Assembly (NCBI GenBank): GCA_020848155.1
Contig: JADLAR010000020.1
Coordinates: 30,096 to 94,095 of the forward strand
Source of the DNA: Candidatus Sumerlaeota bacterium
GTDB lineage: Bacteria; Sumerlaeota; Sumerlaeia; SLMS01
Reading direction: 5' to 3'
DNA: 64,000 nt
Shown here: positions 50,145 to 58,804 of the stretch, piece after piece
Layout: the number at the start of each line of letters is the position of its first letter
How positions within the stretch are numbered: position 1 is the first letter of the stretch
Translations under genes and position numbers: made by a program
The notes under the pieces: model-generated
What the model saw: only the letters and a program-made list of their open reading frames with translations
Database searches by the model: none
What the model was told of the DNA's origin: nothing

Positions 50145-50220
50145 TGCGATGTCGAAGTCGGGGAAGTTATGCAGGCGTGGGAACTATCGCAATGGCAAAT
50201 CCAGTTTCCGTTTGACCGGA

Positions 50221-52404
50221 ATGCTCCCGATGCCAATGAGTGGAGAGTTTAAGGAGAAGATATTGGCGCCCCTTATGTCCATTTCGACTGGGAAAGATCT
50301 CAAGTTTGTCGGCAAATCGATCCTCCGCAAGGAGGGCATCGACAAGGTCACAGGTCGCGCCCGGTATGTTGACGACGTCAAGACACCGGGCGCGCTCTAC
50401 GGGAAGACGCTGCGCAGTTCCATCGCCTGCGGAAGGATCAAGAAGATCAGCTTCGCTCCCAACATCCCTTGGGATCAATTCACCATCGTTGATGCGCGTG
50501 ACGTACCCTACAATCGCGTGCTGCAAATCGAGTCCGACCAACCCGTGCTGTGTGACGGAGTGGTGCTGCACAGGGAGGAGCCGATCCTCCTGATCGCGCA
50601 TGAGGACCCGGGCCTTGTAGAAACCGCGATACGCTCAATCACCGTTGAGTATGAGCGGGAGCCGGGCATCTTCAACATCGGTGAAGGTAGGATCCTGAAG
50701 CAGTACGACATCGAGGAGGGTGATTGGAAGAAGGAATTTGCCGCGGCGGAAGTCGTCTTCGAGGGCGAATACAAGACCGGGGCGCAGGAGCACGTTTACA
50801 TCGAGACGAATGGGTTCATCGCATGTTGGGAGGACGAATGCCTGACCGTTCATGGCTCAATGCAATGTCCGTATTACGTCCACAAGGCACTGAAGTACGC
50901 ATTCAAATTGCAGGACGACCAGATCAACGTCGTGCAGATGACAACGGGCGGCGGATTCGGCGGGAAGGAAGACTTTCCCAGCGTTCTGGCGATCCATGCG
51001 GCCCTCCTCGCGAAGAAATCCGGCCGCACCGTTCGCTTGATCTATGACCGTGCGGAGGACATGGCATCCTCCACGAAACGCCACCCATCCATCTCGAAGG
51101 TGCGCACGGCCTGCACGAAGGATGGCATCCTGCGCGCCATCGACTTCAGCTTCCATATTGATGGCGGCGCGTACATCACATTGTCACCCGTCGTGCTGTC
51201 GCGCGGAATCGTGCACGCATTCGGTCCCTACAAGTGGCCGGCGGCGAAGCTTCACGCGCAATGCTTCTTCACGAACTCGCCCCCCTACGGCGCGTTCCGC
51301 GGGTTCGGTGCACCACAAAGCTTGTTCGCCATCGAGGCACACATGACCGCGCTGGCAAACCACCTCGGCATGGACCCCGCCGAGCTGCGCCGGAGGAATT
51401 TCATTCACCGCGGCGACACGATGCCAACGGGACAGGTTGTTGACGAAGACCCAAACATGGAAGCATTGCTCGATCGTGCGCTGGAACTGAGCGATTACAA
51501 GACCAAGCGCGCCCGGTGGAAGCGGGGCGGCGGCAAGGGCATCAGCCTTTCCACCTTCATGCACGGAACGGGCTTCACGGGCAGCGGGGAAGTCTATCTC
51601 GCATCCCGCGTCGGCATCGCCACAACGAAGGATGGCGGGGCGGAAGTGCGCGTGTCCTCCACGGAAATTGGCCAGGGTACGGAAACGGTTTTTCCACAGA
51701 TCGCCGCAGAGGCCCTTGGTATCGACATCTCCAAGGTTTCCTTTCGACGTCCCGAAACGAAGGTCGTCCCCAACAGCGGCCCCACCGTTGCATCACGGAC
51801 TTGCAGCGTCGTTGGAAAGCTCGTTGAGCGTGCGGCGGGCAAGCTGAAGCAACGCCTTGCCGGGGCCGACATCAGGCAGCATTACGCCCAGCATGGAGAA
51901 GCCTACGAGGAAGTTGAGTATGTCCCGCGCCCCGGCCTCGTCTGGGACGATGACAAGTACAAAGGTTCCGCATACGGTGCGTACTCGTGGTGCGTGAACG
52001 TCGCAGAGGTCACGGTTGATCCAGTAACCGCCATGCCAAGGGTCGACACGCTCACCGCCACCGTGGACGTCGGCACGATCATCAATCCCGTGCTTGCCCA
52101 TGGCCAGATGGAGGGCGGCATTGCCCAGGGCATCGGCTGGGCCACCTGCGAGAACGTTGTGTTGAAGGAGGGACTGATGGAGAATCATCACCTGACAAAT
52201 TACGTCATTCCAACCTCCGCGGACGCGGCAAGGATCGTTGTGGAGTTCATGCCCAGTCCCTACAGCGAGGGCGCTTTTGGATCCAAGGGGGTTGGTGAAC
52301 TTCCCATGGACGGCCCCGGTCCTGCAATCGTGTCGGCGCTCAATGACGCCATGGAAGCGAAGTTCACGCACCTCCCGCTCCTTCCCGAGGAAATGCTGAA
52401 ATGA
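50221..52404 (+). CDS. xanthine dehydrogenase-family molybdopterin-binding large subunit
   Basis: 'FVGKSILRKEGIDKVTGRARYVDD' N-terminus, 'GGGFGGK' motif, 'TGQV' region. Start is one of three clustered ATGs (50221/50227/50233). Confidence 0.85.
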   Translation: MLPMPMSGEFKEKILAPLMSISTGKDLKFVGKSILRKEGIDKVTGRARYVDDVKTPGALYGKTLRSSIACGRIKKISFAPNIPWDQFTIVDARDVPYNRVLQIESDQPVLCDGVVLHREEPILLIAHEDPGLVETAIRSITVEYEREPGIFNIGEGRILKQYDIEEGDWKKEFAAAEVVFEGEYKTGAQEHVYIETNGFIACWEDECLTVHGSMQCPYYVHKALKYAFKLQDDQINVVQMTTGGGFGGKEDFPSVLAIHAALLAKKSGRTVRLIYDRAEDMASSTKRHPSISKVRTACTKDGILRAIDFSFHIDGGAYITLSPVVLSRGIVHAFGPYKWPAAKLHAQCFFTNSPPYGAFRGFGAPQSLFAIEAHMTALANHLGMDPAELRRRNFIHRGDTMPTGQVVDEDPNMEALLDRALELSDYKTKRARWKRGGGKGISLSTFMHGTGFTGSGEVYLASRVGIATTKDGGAEVRVSSTEIGQGTETVFPQIAAEALGIDISKVSFRRPETKVVPNSGPTVASRTCSVVGKLVERAAGKLKQRLAGADIRQHYAQHGEAYEEVEYVPRPGLVWDDDKYKGSAYGAYSWCVNVAEVTVDPVTAMPRVDTLTATVDVGTIINPVLAHGQMEGGIAQGIGWATCENVVLKEGLMENHHLTNYVIPTSADAARIVVEFMPSPYSEGAFGSKGVGELPMDGPGPAIVSALNDAMEAKFTHLPLLPEEMLK

Positions 52405-52883
52405 AGCAAACGATTTCATTCACGCTGAACGGAAACTCAGTCACGGTTGAATCGCACCCCATGCAGCCGTTGCTCTACGCGCTGCGCGAGGATGCGGATG
52501 CACCCGGCACGAAGTACGGGTGCGGCGAGGGCGAATGCGGCGCCTGCACGGTGATCCTCAACGATGAACTCGTGATGAGTTGCCTCGTTCCGGTTGTCCA
52601 GGCGGAAGGAGCACGCGTGGAGACGATCGAGGGGCTTGCCAATGCGGACGAACTTCATGCGGTGCAGCAGGCGTTCCTGGAAAGTGGCGGCGCACAGTGT
52701 GGAATCTGCACCCCGGGAATGATCATGGCGGGAGTCCATCACCTGCGTCATCCGGAGCGCGCGCCGGGTGGCGTTCCGGAAGCGCTGGAAGGCAACCTTT
52801 GTCGCTGCACCGGATATACGCGCATCTTCACCGCCATGAAACGCGCGAAGGAAATCCTGTCGGCAGGCGGTACCGGCTCATGA
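52401..52883 (+). CDS. xanthine dehydrogenase-family [2Fe-2S] small subunit
   Basis: 'CGEGECGACTV' plant-type and 'CGICTPG...CRCTGY' second cluster. ATGA overlap with the large subunit. Confidence 0.9.
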   Translation: MKQTISFTLNGNSVTVESHPMQPLLYALREDADAPGTKYGCGEGECGACTVILNDELVMSCLVPVVQAEGARVETIEGLANADELHAVQQAFLESGGAQCGICTPGMIMAGVHHLRHPERAPGGVPEALEGNLCRCTGYTRIFTAMKRAKEILSAGGTGS

Positions 52884-53728
52884 AAACGAATGTCGCCGAA
52901 CTTCAAGTCTGTTCGCCCCGCAGCATCGACGAGGCCCTGCAGCAGCGCCGCGACATACCGGGCCTGACACCAATCGCTGGTGGCACGGAGGTTCTGGTCT
53001 GGCTGAACGACGCGAAGTTTGCAGGAAAAACCTACCAGAGTCTGCACGGCCTTGCAAAGGATTGGCGGTATGTCCGCGCAAACAAGGACGGAACGCTGGG
53101 CATCGGCGCACTGGCCACATACAGCGACGTGCGCTTTCATCCCGTCGTGAAGGAAAGATATCCCCTGCTCGTGGAATCCGCGCGCGTTACCGGCGCGTTG
53201 CAAATTCAAAATCGCGGAACACCTGTGGGCAACATCGCAAATGGCTCCCCCGCCGCGGACACCGTGCCCTCACTGCTCGTCTATGACGCGAAGCTGAAAC
53301 TGAAGTCGCTTCGTGGCGAGCGCCTCGTGGATCTCAAGGATTTCTTCACGGGATATCGCAGGAACGTGATGACGAGCGATGAACTGATCACGGAGATTGT
53401 CCTGCCCCCGCCGCTCTTCATGCCTGCACAGCAACACTATCGCAAGGTTGGCACCCGAGAGGCCCAGGCCATCAGCAAGGTCGTCTTTGCCGGTGCGCGC
53501 AGCGCCGCCGGCGTGCGGCTCGCGTGGGGGTCCCTTGCGCCAACAACGATTCGCGCATTGAAAACAGAAGCCGCCCTTCAAAATGGCGCGGACGCCAACG
53601 CCGCGTGGGAAATCCTTCAACGGGAAATTGCGCCCATTGACGACATTCGCTCCACGGCGGAATATCGACGCAAGGTGGCACGGAATATCCTGTTCGAGTT
53701 TTTGAATAAACTTGCCAATACTTTGTAG
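52880..53728 (+). CDS. xanthine dehydrogenase-family FAD-binding subunit
   Basis: Start MKTNVAEL (ATG 52880, overlapping the upstream TGA). 'IAGGTEV', 'IQNRGTPVGNIANGSP', CO-dehydrogenase-flavoprotein C-terminal domain. Confidence 0.85.
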   Translation: MKTNVAELQVCSPRSIDEALQQRRDIPGLTPIAGGTEVLVWLNDAKFAGKTYQSLHGLAKDWRYVRANKDGTLGIGALATYSDVRFHPVVKERYPLLVESARVTGALQIQNRGTPVGNIANGSPAADTVPSLLVYDAKLKLKSLRGERLVDLKDFFTGYRRNVMTSDELITEIVLPPPLFMPAQQHYRKVGTREAQAISKVVFAGARSAAGVRLAWGSLAPTTIRALKTEAALQNGADANAAWEILQREIAPIDDIRSTAEYRRKVARNILFEFLNKLANTL

Positions 53729-54059
53729 TCTTTTCTGGGAGCCGAAAATGTCCAATTTTGCAAGCGCATCATTGTGCTTTTGCCCTTGGTGCTGATGCAA
53801 ATTGGCAAACAGCAGTCTGCATTTGGGGAGTTTCCAACTCGCGCACAAATCCTTGTAAAACATATGCTTCCCGCTGCGGCAATAATTTCGCTCCTTGGAG
53901 GGACTGCCCTATTTCTTCAAGTCATCCAGAGCAACTTTCTCCACAGGCCCGAAGCTTTCGCTGAATCGTTGGCACTGTTCTGCAAGTTCCAGTATGTTTT
54001 TGCAGTGAGTTCCCAACTCTTCGTGGGTATTTTCCACGTCCTCGTTGCTCTTTTTGCCT

Positions 54060-54602
54060 TCAAGGCCGCCCGCCTTCCATCGGTTGAATTTGATCCCTGA
54101 TGGAAGCGAATCCGCGATCAGGCGGATGGTAGAAATCAGGAACCCTCAGCGCGTCGACCACATCCGCGCAGTCGACCACATATAACTCCGCCGCGCATCC
54201 TTGCTCGCAAACGCCACAATTCACGTCCGCATCGCCGTTGGCGGCGGGCATGAGGCCAAGCAGCCTGTTCACAATGTAGGCAGCATCGGGCCGGCCTGGA
54301 GCAGTGTCTGCATCGATCTCATCGATGTTGCTGACCCCGTCACCATCCGAATCGAGCGACTCGGTGGCTTCCAAGCCCGCGTTCGTTCCGCCACCGTTCA
54401 GGGAGACGTCTGCGCCGTAGGGATTTCGGCAATCATAAAGCTCCCTATCCTTGTGGCAGATGTTGCATCCATAATTATTCAGAAGGCTTGTCGTCGGGTA
54501 TCGGGCCGCAAAGTTGTCGTAGTATTCCGGCCGCGCCGTGGCGAATTGCGCGACGGCGCCACACGCCAGGATCACCGCGATCGCCACTACACGGGGTCGC
54601 AT
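54060..54602 (-). CDS. small secreted mono-haem (CxxCH) protein with Asp-rich Ca-binding-like motif
   Basis: Signal peptide MRPRVVAIAVILACGAVAQFATA, single 'CNICH', 'DSDGDGVSNIDEIDAD' (thrombospondin-type-3-like), second Cys pair 'CGVCEQGC'. Confidence 0.5.
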   Translation of the reverse strand: MRPRVVAIAVILACGAVAQFATARPEYYDNFAARYPTTSLLNNYGCNICHKDRELYDCRNPYGADVSLNGGGTNAGLEATESLDSDGDGVSNIDEIDADTAPGRPDAAYIVNRLLGLMPAANGDADVNCGVCEQGCAAELYVVDCADVVDALRVPDFYHPPDRGFASIRDQIQPMEGGRP

Positions 54603-55519
54603 ATGAACGCCTCCCACTCATCAAGGGAGTCCGCACGCAGGACCTTGAATCCCGCCTTCTCCACACTGTTCCTGACACACTCCGATTCACTGAGCAGGAA
54701 TCCCGACAGGATCAGCCGCCGCCCAACACGCCGCAGCGCCGGAAGCAGGTCGTAGAATCGTTCGCTCAACATGTTGCAAACGATGACGTCCACTGCTGGC
54801 GCTCCACGGCCCCGTGCGGTTTCAATCGCGTGGGATGGGTCGTCGTCCAGAATGAACATCATGCGGCTCTTCACCCCGTTCAACTCCGCGTTCAGAAGGA
54901 AATTCTCCTCGCACACGGGATCGCATTCCACTCCAACGCAGTACTTCGCGCCGAGCAGTATGGCACCGATGCCCAGAATCCCCGATCCCGCACCCACATC
55001 CAGAAGGCACGCTCCGCCAGCGATTTCTGTTTCCAGAAGTTTTAGACAAAGCTGCGTTGTCTCATGGGAACCCGTCCCGAACGCCTGGCCGGGATCGATC
55101 TGGATCGACAGCGCATCATCAGGCGCCCCCTCCGGCATTTGCTCCCAGGGCGGGCGCACGTAAAGCCGCTCCCCCACCCGGATTGTCTTGAAATACTCGC
55201 GCCAACCATGGCCCCAATCCTGATCGGTCAGGGAACTCCCCTTGAGTGAGAACGAACCCTCCGGCAGGAGCGACGAAGCAATGCTTTCCACCGCGCTATG
55301 CCGCGCCTCCATCCCACCCTGTGCCGTTGTCGCAGCGGGAAAATAGAGGTCGATTCCCTCGGGGACGGGTGACAACGCCTCTCGATGGGTGTTGAAGATT
55401 TCCTGCATTCCAAGGCAATCCGTCTCCGCAGTCAGCCGCGCACACAGCAAATCCCACGCATCACGGGATGGGCGTTGGGCAAATCGCAAGTTGATCACCG
55501 GCCACTGCTTGTCGGACAT
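54587..55519 (-). CDS. prmA: ribosomal protein L11 methyltransferase
   Basis: 'IDPGQAFGTGSHETTQLCL' and 'LLDVGAGSGILGI' SAM-binding motifs. Confidence 0.85.
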   Translation of the reverse strand: MSDKQWPVINLRFAQRPSRDAWDLLCARLTAETDCLGMQEIFNTHREALSPVPEGIDLYFPAATTAQGGMEARHSAVESIASSLLPEGSFSLKGSSLTDQDWGHGWREYFKTIRVGERLYVRPPWEQMPEGAPDDALSIQIDPGQAFGTGSHETTQLCLKLLETEIAGGACLLDVGAGSGILGIGAILLGAKYCVGVECDPVCEENFLLNAELNGVKSRMMFILDDDPSHAIETARGRGAPAVDVIVCNMLSERFYDLLPALRRVGRRLILSGFLLSESECVRNSVEKAGFKVLRADSLDEWEAFICDPV

Positions 55520-55607
55520 GGAGTATGGGCCCAGCTTCCCGTTTGACGACGTTCGCCGTCCGCGTAATCGTTCCGCCCATTAAAGGGAAAGGCGATTCAA
55601 TCGCGCA

Positions 55608-57059
55608 ATGGATTTTGAAATTGTCATCGGGTTTGAAGTTCACACGGAACTAAAGACAAAGACGAAGGTCTGGTGTGCCTGCGCCAACGAATTTGGCGGC
55701 CCGCCCAATTCCCATGTTTGCCCCGTTTGCCTGGGGATGCCAGGCTCCCTGCCCGTCCTCAATCGCGAAGCCTTCACCTTGGCGCTCAAGACGGCTCTCG
55801 CCCTTCAGTGCGACGTTCCGCGCATCACCACATTCGATCGCAAGAACTACTATTATCCGGACCTCCCAAAGAATTATCAGATCAGCCAGAACGACAAGTT
55901 CCTCGGTACCGGGGGATACTTGGAGATTGATCTCGGCGAAGCCGGCCACAAGAAGATCAGGATTCACAACATCCACTTGGAAGAGGACGCTGGGAAAAAC
56001 ATCCACCCCGAGGACAAGAACGTCACATACTCGCTTGTGGACTTGAATCGCGCGGGCGTTCCACTGCTGGAAATTGTCACGCAGCCCGACATCCGATCGA
56101 AGGAGGAAGCCGCCGCCTTCATGACGCAAATGCGCAATTTCCTTCAGTACCTTGATGTCAGTGACTGCAAGATGCAGGAAGGCTCGCTCCGTTTTGAATT
56201 GAACATGTCACTGCGCCCCAAGGGAAGCGACGCGTTTGGCCAGAAGGTGGAGGTTAAAAATCTGAATTCCATGAGTGTCGTGCTGAAGTGCATCGACGCG
56301 GAGTTTGACCGGCAAAGCGATATGCTTCGCAATGGCGAGCGCGTGATGAGCGAGACGAGGCTTTGGGATGAGGTGAAGAATGAGACGCGCGCAATGCGTA
56401 GCAAGGAGCGCGCGAACGACTATCGCTATTTTCCCGATCCTGATTTGGTCGACGTAGACATTACACCGGAAATCCGGGCTGCGGCCCAGGCGACGATTCC
56501 CGAACTGCCGCTGGCCCGCCGCCGTCGCTTCGAGGAGCAATACGGACTGCCCGCATACGATGCGAGCGTCCTTACTGCCTCCTTCACCACTGCAAACTAC
56601 TTCGAGAAGGCAGTGGAATCCCATCCCTCGCCAAAGGGGATCTCAAACTGGATCATGACGGAGGGCCTTGCCTGGCTGAACAAACAGCCCGAGGACACCA
56701 CCATCGACGATTTCCCCGTGAAGTCGGCAGCCATCGCCGAACTCGTCAAGCTGATCGACACGGGCGCAATCACCGGCAAGATCGCCAAGCAGGTTTTCCC
56801 AATCATGCTGGAAACAGGAAAGAGCCCCGCCGTCATCGTGGAGGAAAAGGGCCTCAAGCCTGTTGATGACTCGGCGCTCGGCCCCATCATCGACGAAGTG
56901 CTGGCTGATCCCCGGAATGAAAAGACCATCGCCGATCTTCGCGGTGGCAAGGCAGCCGCGATGGGCGCCCTCATGGGTGCCGTCATGAAACGGTCCGGTG
57001 GGAAGGCAAACCCCGCCACCGTCACTCCGCTCATTCGCAAGAAGCTCGGCTTGGAGTAG
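55608..57059 (+). CDS. gatB: Asp-tRNA(Asn)/Glu-tRNA(Gln) amidotransferase subunit B
   Basis: 'EIVIGFEVHTELKTKTKVWCAC...HVCPVCLGMPG' Zn-site N-terminus, GatB/YqeY C-terminal domain. 483 aa. Confidence 0.95.
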   Translation: MDFEIVIGFEVHTELKTKTKVWCACANEFGGPPNSHVCPVCLGMPGSLPVLNREAFTLALKTALALQCDVPRITTFDRKNYYYPDLPKNYQISQNDKFLGTGGYLEIDLGEAGHKKIRIHNIHLEEDAGKNIHPEDKNVTYSLVDLNRAGVPLLEIVTQPDIRSKEEAAAFMTQMRNFLQYLDVSDCKMQEGSLRFELNMSLRPKGSDAFGQKVEVKNLNSMSVVLKCIDAEFDRQSDMLRNGERVMSETRLWDEVKNETRAMRSKERANDYRYFPDPDLVDVDITPEIRAAAQATIPELPLARRRRFEEQYGLPAYDASVLTASFTTANYFEKAVESHPSPKGISNWIMTEGLAWLNKQPEDTTIDDFPVKSAAIAELVKLIDTGAITGKIAKQVFPIMLETGKSPAVIVEEKGLKPVDDSALGPIIDEVLADPRNEKTIADLRGGKAAAMGALMGAVMKRSGGKANPATVTPLIRKKLGLE

Positions 57060-57065
57060 TCCCCC

Positions 57066-57992
57066 ATGGCGAGAAAATCCCCGCGATCGGTTCCCACAAC
57101 GATTCCGGAGGCGCGCCCTGCGGAAAAGCCCCGCCATGGGGTCGTTCCCTTTTTTGCCCGCATGCTGGTGGCACTGGCCGTTGTTTCCCTGGTGCTTGCT
57201 TCGTGGAGTTTCTATAGGGATTATCTCACCGCTAGCGTCATCGCTCGCAACGGCTATGCGAAGGCCTCGTCTGAGAATGGCCTGGTGATCGGGCTTGCTG
57301 AAATCCGCACCGCCCACAAGCTGAACCCCGCAGACCCGAACATCCAACTCACGCTCGCCAACACGATCCTGAAGCAGGAAACACAGAAAGTGCGCGCGCA
57401 GGATTTTCACGCAGTTGACTTCAGCAACCTCAACCAATGCCTGGCGCTGTTGCGCCGCGCGCAGAAAAGCAACTTGAAGCCTCATTTCGTTCAACTCAAG
57501 TTTGCGGAGGCGGCCAACCTCGCCGTGCGATACCTGCAAATGACAGGGCAACGCGCGCAGTCCGAGCCCTTCGCGCAGGAGGCCATTGCCAACTTTGTGG
57601 CGTTCCGGGAACAACAGGGCGTCGCGCGGGACAAAGCCGAGGCCATCTACGGCCTCGCCATCGACCTCGCTTCGATTGACCCCTCCATCGCCCTCAAGTT
57701 TTGGGACGATTACGCTCGTGCGTTCGGCGATGATTCCTTCAGGAACAAGGACGTCATGATGAAGGTCCTGCGCTCCTATCGCTGGATGGGGGAGTTCCAC
57801 ATTCTTTCGGCACGTGCCGCGAATCTTACGCTGGACGCACCCGATGACGGCGATTACATGAATGTGCTGGAGGAACTGGGCACCCGCCTTGGCCAAAAAC
57901 AAGTCATCCTGCTTTTGACCAACGAACTCGAACGACAGAACAAACTCACGGCACGCGGTCGCGTACTTCGTTCCCGACTGACGGCTGGTTGA
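57066..57992 (+). CDS. hypothetical membrane-anchored protein (single N-terminal TM, helical repeat-like)
   Basis: TM 'MLVALAVVSLVLASWSF'. The remainder is helical with TPR-like periodicity. No recognisable catalytic motif. Confidence 0.45.
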   Translation: MARKSPRSVPTTIPEARPAEKPRHGVVPFFARMLVALAVVSLVLASWSFYRDYLTASVIARNGYAKASSENGLVIGLAEIRTAHKLNPADPNIQLTLANTILKQETQKVRAQDFHAVDFSNLNQCLALLRRAQKSNLKPHFVQLKFAEAANLAVRYLQMTGQRAQSEPFAQEAIANFVAFREQQGVARDKAEAIYGLAIDLASIDPSIALKFWDDYARAFGDDSFRNKDVMMKVLRSYRWMGEFHILSARAANLTLDAPDDGDYMNVLEELGTRLGQKQVILLLTNELERQNKLTARGRVLRSRLTAG

Positions 57993-58063
57993 TCAATTCC
58001 GATCGGATTGTTTGTATAAAGAACAATCACGATGCGAAGACATCCCACTCTCGACAACAATTC

Positions 58064-58804
58064 ATGTGCACAGTGACCTATTTCAAGCATGGCGATGATT
58101 ATCTCCTCACCATGAATCGTGATGAACGTGACGACCGTGGCCGCGAGATTCCTCCGCGACGCTTTCGACTCAACGACGAACAGCCGGAAAGCGCGTGGCC
58201 CATTGACTCCGACTCCGGTGGAACGTGGATCGGTGCGAATCACCACGGTGTCGCAGCCTGCATCCTCAACGGCTATGACAAGTCGGATGACTCAAGGAAG
58301 CATTTCAAAAGTCGTGGAACCATCATCCCGCTGATTCTGCGGCTGAAGTCCCTGGACCGCGTTGAACGATGGCTCGCAAAGGATTTTGAGGCAGCCAGCT
58401 TCAAGTCGTTTTCCCTGATCGTGGTACAGCGCGACGCCATCCTCTGCGTTCATTCGGATGGGATGGGAACGGTGACATTCGAGCGCCGCGACCCTGCTCC
58501 GCAGTTGTGGACATCCTCCTCCTGGAAACCAAGGGAAGTCATCCCGTGGCGTGCGACCCGCTTCGCTGCGTGGTTCGACGAAGGCGCCACATTGAACATG
58601 GCCGGAATCCCGACGTTTCATCTGCTGCAACAGGATGGCATGGCGGAATGGTCTCCCATGATGAAGCGCGACAAGAGCGCCACGCGTAGCATCACGCAGG
58701 TGGCCACCTCGCCATCCCGCGTTGTCCTTCACTATTGGAGAACTCCACTCAAGAACGATTGCGCGTTGGATCGCGAACTCATCCTTGGCGCCAGTTCATC
58801 GTAG
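58064..58804 (+). CDS. NRDE-family protein (TANGO2/DUF833-like)
   Basis: Starts 'MCTVTYFKHGDDYLLTMNRDE' with the family-defining N-terminal Cys and NRDE motif. Confidence 0.75.
   Translation: MCTVTYFKHGDDYLLTMNRDERDDRGREIPPRRFRLNDEQPESAWPIDSDSGGTWIGANHHGVAACILNGYDKSDDSRKHFKSRGTIIPLILRLKSLDRVERWLAKDFEAASFKSFSLIVVQRDAILCVHSDGMGTVTFERRDPAPQLWTSSSWKPREVIPWRATRFAAWFDEGATLNMAGIPTFHLLQQDGMAEWSPMMKRDKSATRSITQVATSPSRVVLHYWRTPLKNDCALDRELILGASSS

Noticed and set aside
51793-52419. 208-aa minus ORF inside the xdh large-subunit gene
   Set aside because: Shadow of a conserved molybdopterin-subunit coding region.
53270-53863. 197-aa minus ORF overlapping the 3' end of the xdh FAD-subunit gene
   Set aside because: Most of it is antisense to a well-supported CDS. 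Only its first ~45 codons lie in the AT-richer spacer (noted separately as a finding).
56643-57902. 419-aa minus-strand ORF antisense to gatB 3' end and the following hypothetical gene
   Set aside because: gatB is unambiguous. The antisense frame is typical GC-rich open frame with no motifs.
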